From Candidatus Micrarchaeota archaeon (GTDB taxonomy: Archaea > B1Sed10-29 > JAJRYS01), in assembly GCA_964643685.1 (NCBI GenBank), contig CAZXTN010000009.1, positions 1 through 21,666 on the forward strand: 21,666 bases of DNA, given 5' to 3'. The notes below the pieces were generated by a model, which was given only the letters and a program-made list of their open reading frames with translations, was not told the origin of the DNA and made no database searches. Positions 15,297-21,666 of this stretch are shown here, piece after piece. The position numbers were made by a program, and so were the translations under genes. Each line of letters begins with the position of its first letter. Within the stretch, counting starts at the first letter, position 1.

Positions 15297-16025
15297 ATGA
15301 AAAGAAAAGTGATTTTAGATATTGGAACAGGAAAAGGAGAAAGGGCAGTTGAATTAGCTCTTAAAAATCCAGATGCTGATGTTTACGCAATGGACTTGAT
15401 TAATTATGAAAAAGAGATTAAAGGAGTAGAAGCAGGAAATAATCCTTTAAGAAAAAGAATTAAAAATTTACATCCAATATTAGGAAAAAAAGGGGATGCA
15501 AGAAAAAGTAAAAATTTTGATTTTTTAGGAGACAGAAAAATTGATGAAATTGAAATAAATTTCATTGGAGTTGGAGTTCATAAAATTCCAGAACATTTGC
15601 TTGAAAAGCTATCTAAAAATGCAAAAATAACAATAAGAATAGACCCACAGCATTTAGGTGAAGTATTTGAAGGAATTAAATATGCACAGCAGCCAGAAAA
15701 TAAGAAAGAATTTAACAAAATACAACATGTAACAACAGAACAAATAAAAAATTTCATAGAAGAAGAATTGAAAGACCCCAATTCTTTCACAAGCAAATCA
15801 AAAAAAGAATACGAAGAAGAACTAAAAGAAATGCAAGAAGAATTAAGAAAAAAAGGATTCAGAGTCGTGCTAAAAAAACAATACCCATTTAGAAGAAAAC
15901 CAATAACATCCTATGAAAAAGAAATAACAGAAACAAGAGGTTATTACCATTCAATAATAGCAACTAGAGGAAAACATCATCCTTTAATAGAAAAACTTCG
16001 TTCTAAATTAAGGAGAAGAAAATGA
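15297..16025 (+). CDS. Divergent class I SAM-dependent methyltransferase-like protein
   Basis: N-terminal motif I VILDIGTGKG, then VYAMD and GDA. The remainder is not recognisable. Confidence 0.55.
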   Translation: MKRKVILDIGTGKGERAVELALKNPDADVYAMDLINYEKEIKGVEAGNNPLRKRIKNLHPILGKKGDARKSKNFDFLGDRKIDEIEINFIGVGVHKIPEHLLEKLSKNAKITIRIDPQHLGEVFEGIKYAQQPENKKEFNKIQHVTTEQIKNFIEEELKDPNSFTSKSKKEYEEELKEMQEELRKKGFRVVLKKQYPFRRKPITSYEKEITETRGYYHSIIATRGKHHPLIEKLRSKLRRRK

Positions 16026-16585
16026 CTGAAAAAATAAATGAAAAAGAAGCTGACGAGTACTTAGATGACTTGATAACAGCATTCAGCAGAAGCGACTCCT
16101 TCTGGCTAAGGCAACTGAGCAACAAGTTAATAGAAGAAGCAATAGTCAAAGACAATAAAAAACTAGCAAAATTATCCTTGATTGCCTATGCTTTGTCAAA
16201 ACTAACTTCAAAACCTCACTTCACTTACTTGAAAAACTGGGAAACATTCAGAAAAAACTTGCTAATCTTATTCGCAACTGAAAAGCAAGAGATAAACACA
16301 GCTGAAAAATTCAACCTGCTTCTTGAAAACGTAATAAGCGAAATAAGAAGTTTTGACACAGAAGCAAACAATTACATAAGAGACGTGATTGAAAAAGCAA
16401 GGATAAAGCAAGCTTCCCGAGCTTATGCATTCGGATTAAGCTTAAGCAAAGCAGCTGAGTTAACAGGAGCTGACAAAAGCAGTTTAATGGACTATGTTGG
16501 AAGCACTACAATACACGACCAGCCATTTACCCTTACAAAACCATTGAAAGAAAGATACAAAATGGCTCAAAAAATACTGGAGTGA
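16022..16585 (+). CDS. Helical protein with a C-terminal UPF0175-like HTH (antitoxin-like)
   Basis: AYAFGLSLSKAAELTGADKSSLMDYVG resembles the G.SL.KAAEL.G HTH. Lies 4 nt upstream of a PIN gene. Confidence 0.7.
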   Translation: MTEKINEKEADEYLDDLITAFSRSDSFWLRQLSNKLIEEAIVKDNKKLAKLSLIAYALSKLTSKPHFTYLKNWETFRKNLLILFATEKQEINTAEKFNLLLENVISEIRSFDTEANNYIRDVIEKARIKQASRAYAFGLSLSKAAELTGADKSSLMDYVGSTTIHDQPFTLTKPLKERYKMAQKILE

Positions 16586-16589
16586 TGAA

Positions 16590-17249
16590 ATGGCTGAAAA
16601 GATAATATGCGACGCAGGACCATTAATTTCACTAGCTGACAACTGCGCAATCAACCTGCTGTCAAAATTCAACAACAATTTTTACATAACAAAAAGCGTT
16701 GAAAAAGAAATAGTCAACCACCCGATGGACACTAAAAGATTCAAGCTAAAAGCAATAATGCTCAAAGAAGCAATTCAAAAAGGAGAAATAAAAAGAATAG
16801 AAGAAACAAGCAAAATGCAGCAAGAAGCAAGAGAAGTGATTGAATTAGCAAACAACCTGCTTCATGTCCAAGGAAAAGCAATTAAAATAGTTCATGAAGG
16901 AGAAGCAAGCGCAATAGGCGCCTTAATTGCCCTAAATGAAAAAAACTTGTTAATAGATGAGAGGACAACAAGGCACTTGATAGAAGACCCTGAAAAAGTA
17001 AAAGAATACATGCAGTCAAAAACAAAATACAAAATCAAAATGAACGAAAACGTCCTAAGAGAACTGCAGAAAAAATTCAAAGGAATAAAAGTAATCCGCT
17101 CATCTGAACTAATTGCAAACGCTTATGAAAAAAACCTACTGCCATGGAAAGACGCAAAGTCACTTGAAGCAGCTTTATATGCAGTGAAATTCGCCGGCTG
17201 TTCAATAACAAAAGAAGAAATAAAAGAATACGTCAGAATGCTCGGGTGA
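16590..17249 (+). CDS. PIN-domain protein (DUF3368/COG2405-like)
   Basis: IICDAGPLISLA, ITKSVEKEI, HEGEASAI and LLIDERTTR supply the acidic PIN active-site residues. Confidence 0.85.
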   Translation: MAEKIICDAGPLISLADNCAINLLSKFNNNFYITKSVEKEIVNHPMDTKRFKLKAIMLKEAIQKGEIKRIEETSKMQQEAREVIELANNLLHVQGKAIKIVHEGEASAIGALIALNEKNLLIDERTTRHLIEDPEKVKEYMQSKTKYKIKMNENVLRELQKKFKGIKVIRSSELIANAYEKNLLPWKDAKSLEAALYAVKFAGCSITKEEIKEYVRMLG

Positions 17250-17255
17250 AAAAAA

Positions 17256-17927
17256 GTGTTCCACGTCATCTTTGTAGAGCCAGAGTCAAGCGGAAACATC
17301 GGTTCCCTCACAAGAGTCATGAAAAATTTCAACCTGAAAAACCTTATTCTAATAAACCCCAAATGCGAAGTTGAAAGCCAAGAGTCAAGAAAAATGAGCA
17401 TGCATGCTTGGGACATAATAAAAAATGCGCGAGTAGTGAAGGATTTTAAAACAGCAGTAAAAGGAATAGATTTTGTTATAGGCACAAGCGCCAAGACAAA
17501 AAAAGAATACGACGCAATCAAAACAGCGTACTCGCCAAGAGAGATACTTCCAAAACTAAAAGAAGTTAAAGGAGAAATAGCAATAGTTCTGGGAAGAGAA
17601 AGCAGAGGTTTGACAGACGAGGAATTAAAACAATGCGATGTAAACCTGTTCATACCAACAAACCCTGAATATCCCACCATGAACATTACCCACGCAGCAG
17701 CTGTACTGTTCTACGAATTATTCTCAGCAAAAGAATCAAAAACAAGAAAAGCAAACTTGAAACAAAAACAAGCCCTGATTAAAACAGCTGAACAACTAAT
17801 TGAAAAAACTGATTTTAAAAACAAGAAAGAAGCAAAGCAAGTAATGAAAAATGTGATTAACAGGGCTCTTGTATCAGGCAAAGAAGCGCAAACTCTGATA
17901 GGGGTGCTGAAAAAATTTGTGCAATAA
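17256..17927 (+). CDS. trmJ: TrmJ/LasT-family SPOUT RNA 2'-O-methyltransferase
   Basis: VEPESSGNIGSLTRVMKNF, VIGTSA, LGRESRGLTDEEL, IPTNPEYPTMNITHA. GTG start. Confidence 0.9.
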   Translation: MFHVIFVEPESSGNIGSLTRVMKNFNLKNLILINPKCEVESQESRKMSMHAWDIIKNARVVKDFKTAVKGIDFVIGTSAKTKKEYDAIKTAYSPREILPKLKEVKGEIAIVLGRESRGLTDEELKQCDVNLFIPTNPEYPTMNITHAAAVLFYELFSAKESKTRKANLKQKQALIKTAEQLIEKTDFKNKKEAKQVMKNVINRALVSGKEAQTLIGVLKKFVQ

Positions 17928-18010
17928 TTCCACCAAAATCTTATTTATAAACACTTGTTAATAAATGTTTATAAAGAAAACTTGGTTTTTCTTTACTCGG
18001 TGACGCAAAA

Positions 18011-18340
18011 ATGCCTTTGATAGCTGATATTATCAGAAAATATGAAAACCAAAATGCAGCAGCAAGGAAAGTTGACAAGTCCACTTATGCCTCAAACAGG
18101 GAAGACATTTTCCTAAAAGTTGAACCAAGAGGAGACCCAGTGGGAGACATTACAATCGGACTTGGAGCAGGTTCTATTTGGAAAGCAAAACCAATAAAGC
18201 TCAAAGAACAAAAACCAGCAAAAATTCTGTCAGACGAAGAATGGAAACAAAAAAGAATGAGCTTAGAGCAAGAAGTTGAAATGCTAAAAAAAGAAAACCA
18301 AGAGCTGAAGCAAAAGCTCCAGCAACTAAACCTTGCTTGA
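18011..18340 (+). CDS. Hypothetical protein with a C-terminal leucine-zipper coiled coil
   Basis: Has its own TATA box (TTTATAAA) and GGTGA RBS, heptads LEQEVEMLKKENQELKQKLQQL, and a pyrimidine-rich terminator downstream. Confidence 0.8.
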   Translation: MPLIADIIRKYENQNAAARKVDKSTYASNREDIFLKVEPRGDPVGDITIGLGAGSIWKAKPIKLKEQKPAKILSDEEWKQKRMSLEQEVEMLKKENQELKQKLQQLNLA

Positions 18341-18431
18341 CTGCAACAAAAACCCCCTCTTTCTCTTTCTTTTGTTTTATTTTCAGCAAAACAATTCAAT
18401 TTAAAAACTTAAATTGAGTTATAAAAAATCA

Positions 18432-18656
18432 ATGAGCAAAACAAGCGACTACCTTAAAGAAAAAATAAACAAAACAGAACACTTAACAACAACAATCCTA
18501 ATTTACGTAGCAATGGGGATATTGGTTGGAGAAGTTTATTCATACATCTGTTCAACAACAGAATGCTTATTTTACCCTGTTTACGCACTTATGATACTCC
18601 TTGCAATAAGAACTTACCAGGATTATCTAGCAGGAAAAAAAGAAAAGAAGAAGTGA
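18432..18656 (+). CDS. Small membrane protein with two TM helices
   Basis: Two hydrophobic segments and a basic C-terminal tail. ATG 18432; stop lies 4 nt before the next gene. Confidence 0.7.
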   Translation: MSKTSDYLKEKINKTEHLTTTILIYVAMGILVGEVYSYICSTTECLFYPVYALMILLAIRTYQDYLAGKKEKKK

Positions 18657-18660
18657 CAAA

Positions 18661-18897
18661 ATGAAAAAAGAAGAGTTAATAAAAGAACTAATTAATTTCA
18701 TAGGATTTGAAGAGGAAATAACAATAGATCTAGTGAAAAATTACTTGAAAAAAGTAGAGAACAGCGAATTAACAAAAGAAGAAAAAAAAGAAATTAAAAA
18801 GAGACTATCTGTACTAATGAAAGAAACAGAAGAACACACAGAAAAATTCACTAAACTGCTTGAAAACGTCAAAAAATCAAAAAAAAGAGAGTTTTGA
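18661..18897 (+). CDS. Half ferritin-like (two-helix) protein
   Basis: Helix 1 FIGFEEE, helix 2 LMKETEEH (ExxH). Confidence 0.65.
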   Translation: MKKEELIKELINFIGFEEEITIDLVKNYLKKVENSELTKEEKKEIKKRLSVLMKETEEHTEKFTKLLENVKKSKKREF

Positions 18898-18899
18898 AA

Positions 18900-19145
18900 A
18901 TGGACATAAAAATTAACCATAAAACGACAAGAAAAGAACTGGAACTCGCATTTAAAGAATTAAAACCAATAGAAGAACAAGCAAGAGACCAATACAAGGA
19001 ATTAGCCTCACAATTAAAAGACAAAGAAATAATTGACATACTTCTATTCATTTCAGGACAAGAGCAAAAACACGCAGATTTAGTGCAAGAAATGATAGAA
19101 ATAATTGAAAAAGGGAATAAAAAAACAAAACTCAACTATTTATAA
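18900..19145 (+). CDS. Half ferritin/rubrerythrin-like (two-helix) protein
   Basis: IEEQARDQYKELA..LKDKEIIDILLFISGQEQKHADLV matches the E..A...Y...A....D.......I...E..H pattern. ATG 18900 (alternative TTG 18894). Confidence 0.8.
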   Translation: MDIKINHKTTRKELELAFKELKPIEEQARDQYKELASQLKDKEIIDILLFISGQEQKHADLVQEMIEIIEKGNKKTKLNYL

Positions 19146-19170
19146 ATATAAAAAGTTTCTTTAAAAAAAT

Positions 19171-19917
19171 ATGAAAAAAACAATAATACTGCTAATTCTA
19201 ACACTAACAATAGCACAAGCAACAGACTACTATGCAGACATAAACATAAAAATAGACAACCAAGGATACACCACAATCACAGGAAACACAAACTACCCAA
19301 ACCTCACAACAACAGACAATCCAACATACACTTCAAAAAAAGCAAACTACTGGACGTTCAACATGACAAAACCAGAGCAATTCTCAGAATTCATATACGC
19401 AATACAACTACCTGAAACAGCTTCAATAAACTACATAAAAACAACAGGAACTTTCACAATAACAAACAACGGCAACAACCTAGAGATAAAAGGCTACGGA
19501 GAAAACAAGCCACTTGAAATAACCATACAATACCAAATAAACAAAGAAACAAGCAACCTGCTGATAATGGCAGTGGCAATAATCCCCTTAATAATAATAA
19601 CAGCAGGAGCACACTACTTATACAAAAAAAAGAAAAAAGCAGTAAAAAAACAAACGAAAAAAAAGACAAACAAAAAAACAAAAAAAGAAAACACAGCACA
19701 AAAAAAGAAAATAAAACTACCTCCCCTCCCAAAAAGACAGAAAAAAATAATACAGTTGTTAATAGACAAGAAAAAACCACTTACTCAAGCTCAAATAAGA
19801 AAAGAACTACAATTGCCCAAAGCATCAACCACAAGAAACATAAACGCACTTGAATTAAAAGGACTAATAACAAAAGAAAAAATAGGAATAACAAACCTAA
19901 TAAAAATAAAAAAATAA
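19171..19917 (+). CDS. Membrane-anchored winged-HTH transcriptional regulator (signal peptide, extracellular beta domain, TM helix, Lys-rich linker, wHTH; COG2512-like)
   Basis: Signal MKKTIILLILTLTIAQA, TM LLIMAVAIIPLIIITAGA, wHTH LPKRQKKIIQLL....LTQAQIRKELQLPKASTTRNINALELKGLI.KEKIG.TN.I. Confidence 0.85.
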   Translation: MKKTIILLILTLTIAQATDYYADINIKIDNQGYTTITGNTNYPNLTTTDNPTYTSKKANYWTFNMTKPEQFSEFIYAIQLPETASINYIKTTGTFTITNNGNNLEIKGYGENKPLEITIQYQINKETSNLLIMAVAIIPLIIITAGAHYLYKKKKKAVKKQTKKKTNKKTKKENTAQKKKIKLPPLPKRQKKIIQLLIDKKKPLTQAQIRKELQLPKASTTRNINALELKGLITKEKIGITNLIKIKK

Positions 19918-19920
19918 AAA

Positions 19921-19962
19921 CCGTTCCGGTTCGTTCCGGATAACAACCTTATAAACCGTTCC
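19921..19962 (+). promoter_or_regulatory. Tandem CGTTCC(GG) repeats around a TATA box
   Basis: CCGTTCCGG 19921-19929, TCGTTCCGG 19931-19939, CTTATAAA 19948-19955, CCGTTCC 19956-19962. GGAGGT RBS further downstream. Confidence 0.7.
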
Positions 19963-20009
19963 TCGCACAATAAAAAACATAAAAACTTACAAAAGGAGGT
20001 AAGCAAAAA

Positions 20010-20975
20010 ATGAAAACAAACATACTAAGTGCATTTTTAATAATGGCACTAACAATAAGCCTGATTCCAGCAGCAATGGCAGCAGACACACAACAAAACA
20101 CCCTCCCCCCAAATGAAGAAACACAACTTCAAATAGAAGTACAAGTAATGAACAACGGATTAGGAGCACAAATAAGACTACTTCAGCTGGAAAAAACCCT
20201 AGACATACAAATAACAATAGGAAACAAAGTAATAGAAAAAGCACAAGAACTTGAAAAAAACACAACAGAACTAGAAGCAATACTAACAGAAATGGAACAG
20301 CTTAAAATAGAAGTACAACAAGCAGACCCAAACTCAGAACAAGCAGTGCAAGAATTCATAGACTACAAACAAGAAGCAATAAACCTAACAAAAGAATTCA
20401 GAGAAACAGCAAGAAACTTATTCACAGACGAAGAAATACAACAACTCAGAGAAGAACAAAAACAAATAAGGCAACAGAAAAAACAAGAAGCACAAGAAAT
20501 AAGAGAAAAAATAAGACAATACAACCAGCAAAGACTAGAAAAATTAAAAGAAAAACTAGGAATCAACATACACACAATAATAGAACAAATGAAACAAGGA
20601 GACATAACAACAGAACAAGCAAAAGAAATGATTAAAGAAGAAATAAAAAAAATGCCTAAAGAAAAAAGAATTGAAATTTACAACAAAATAAAAGAAGAAA
20701 AAATACAATCAAGAATACAAGCAAAAGAAAAAATAACAGAGATAATGAAAGAATTCAATAAAAGATACAAAGAAAGGCTAGAAAAAAGACTAAACAAATC
20801 CTTGGAAACAAGCCAAGAAGTTAAAGAAATGGTTCAAAAAAGACTAAGAGAACAAATAAGCGAAACAACAGCATCTGAAAACACAACAAAAGCACTGAAC
20901 AATTCACCACAACAACAAATAGAAAAAACAATAAACCAAACAGAAAACATAATAGGAGGGCATTTAAATGGATAA
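20010..20975 (+). CDS. Secreted coiled-coil protein
   Basis: Signal peptide ending in AMA-A, E/Q/K-rich all-helical body, strong AGGAGGT RBS. Confidence 0.85.
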   Translation: MKTNILSAFLIMALTISLIPAAMAADTQQNTLPPNEETQLQIEVQVMNNGLGAQIRLLQLEKTLDIQITIGNKVIEKAQELEKNTTELEAILTEMEQLKIEVQQADPNSEQAVQEFIDYKQEAINLTKEFRETARNLFTDEEIQQLREEQKQIRQQKKQEAQEIREKIRQYNQQRLEKLKEKLGINIHTIIEQMKQGDITTEQAKEMIKEEIKKMPKEKRIEIYNKIKEEKIQSRIQAKEKITEIMKEFNKRYKERLEKRLNKSLETSQEVKEMVQKRLREQISETTASENTTKALNNSPQQQIEKTINQTENIIGGHLNG

Positions 20976-21162
20976 CAAAACAGCTTTAATAGCAATTGCT
21001 TTAGTAGGAGTTATCCTAATAAGCGGATGCATAGGAACAACAACAAACAACAACACAACAACAAACAACGAACAAGTAACAGCAGACACAGTATCCAACA
21101 GCATAAACCAAGAACTCATAGACGAAAACCAAACAACAGTTGAAATAGGAGACATGATATAA
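20968..21162 (+). CDS. Small lipoprotein
   Basis: Lipobox LISGC, Thr/Asn-rich linker, C-terminus VEIGDMI. GGAGG RBS; overlaps the previous gene. Confidence 0.8.
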   Translation: MDNKTALIAIALVGVILISGCIGTTTNNNTTTNNEQVTADTVSNSINQELIDENQTTVEIGDMI

Positions 21163-21223
21163 AAACCACCCCCTCCTATTTTTTCTTATTTTTTAAAAAA
21201 AAAACAAAAGATGATGAATTAAA

Positions 21224-21493
21224 ATGAACACTTCAAAAGCAAGAGCAATAACCTCAACACTCCTAATAATAACCTTCATAATAGTAACAATCACAGGAAT
21301 AGGATTATACAAAAGCCTACAAGGATGGCTCGCTAAAACAACAAACTGGACATTCCTAGGAATGGACAAAGAAAAACTAGAAACACTACACACAAACACA
21401 GGATTCTTCATGGCAGCATTAATCATAATACACCTAGCACTCAACTACAAAATGTACCTCGCAGAACTCAAAACACTAAAAACTGCCTTTTAA
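21224..21493 (+). CDS. DUF4405-like small membrane protein (cytochrome b-like His pair)
   Basis: TM1 ending in ITGIGLY, FLGMDK..LETLH..TG, IIIHLALNY. Confidence 0.75.
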   Translation: MNTSKARAITSTLLIITFIIVTITGIGLYKSLQGWLAKTTNWTFLGMDKEKLETLHTNTGFFMAALIIIHLALNYKMYLAELKTLKTAF

Positions 21494-21504
21494 ACAAAAG
21501 GCAG
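21483..21504. terminator. Perfect 9-bp inverted repeat over the stop codon
   Basis: CTGCCTTTT-AAAC-AAAAGGCAG. A terminator role is unproven because archaea mainly use U-tracts. Confidence 0.4.
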
Positions 21505-21515
21505 CTCAAAAACCA

Positions 21516-21666
21516 GAGGCATTCGCCACGCTCAGCCCCATTTAAAAACAACTAAAAACATAATAATAAAACGCTGCAATGACGACACCAGGCTGAATGA
21601 CAGCAGCCGTATCCGGCTTCGTTTCGCTCTTGCTTTGCAAGATGCGAGAACTGGCGGGAATAAGCT
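21516..21666. repeat. Cluster of palindromic modules shared with the tRNA-Leu locus
   Basis: 14-nt-loop hairpin at 21516-21539; CAGCCGTATCCGGCT at 21604-21618, identical to the intron (minus strand 6044-6030); hairpin at 21621-21651. Confidence 0.75.

Noticed and set aside
16590-17249. HARP (protein-only RNase P)
   Set aside because: The GEASAI and LLIDER motifs fit DUF3368-type PIN; HARP-type LDS..D.D motifs are absent.
801-21444. Remaining antisense and overlapping ORFs in the track (e.g. 801-1214, 2312-2713, 3743-4162, 4582-4767, 14879-15259, 17123-17686, 19454-20605)
   Set aside because: Phe/Leu/Ser-rich mirror translations of Lys/Glu-rich genes on the opposite strand, with no recognisable motifs.
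21491-21500. TAAACAAAAG shared with tRNA-Leu intron 1
   Set aside because: A 10-nt A-rich match is expected by chance at this composition.

Overview
AT-rich, gene-dense archaeal window. A DPANN-type lineage is an inference from the archaeal histone, Hef, FEN1, FtsZ2, archaeal SRP RNA, bacterial-type DusB and non-canonical tRNA introns. It holds about 29 CDSs, including three short genes missing from the ORF track (histone 1-205, 4560-4727, 5598-5750) and one gene split by a T9 frameshift. RNA genes are tRNA-Ala(CGC) with a T-loop intron, tRNA-Leu(CAA) with two introns, intronless tRNA-Ser(GCT) and a shortened SRP RNA. The most striking signals are non-coding. (1) A segment just downstream of ftsZ2 is complementary to the ftsZ2 RBS, start codon and first codons, and is a candidate anti-ftsZ sRNA or 3'UTR. 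(2) Small palindromic modules recur inside the 111-nt tRNA-Leu T-loop intron, between a duplicated tRNA 3' end, and at the far end of the window, including an apparent empty-site/filled-site pair. (3) The SRP RNA has lost both canonical tetraloops. The A/C-skewed right end carries two half-ferritin genes and a membrane-anchored wHTH regulator next to a secreted-protein operon with phased direct repeats. All alignments and folds were done by eye; no searches were run.
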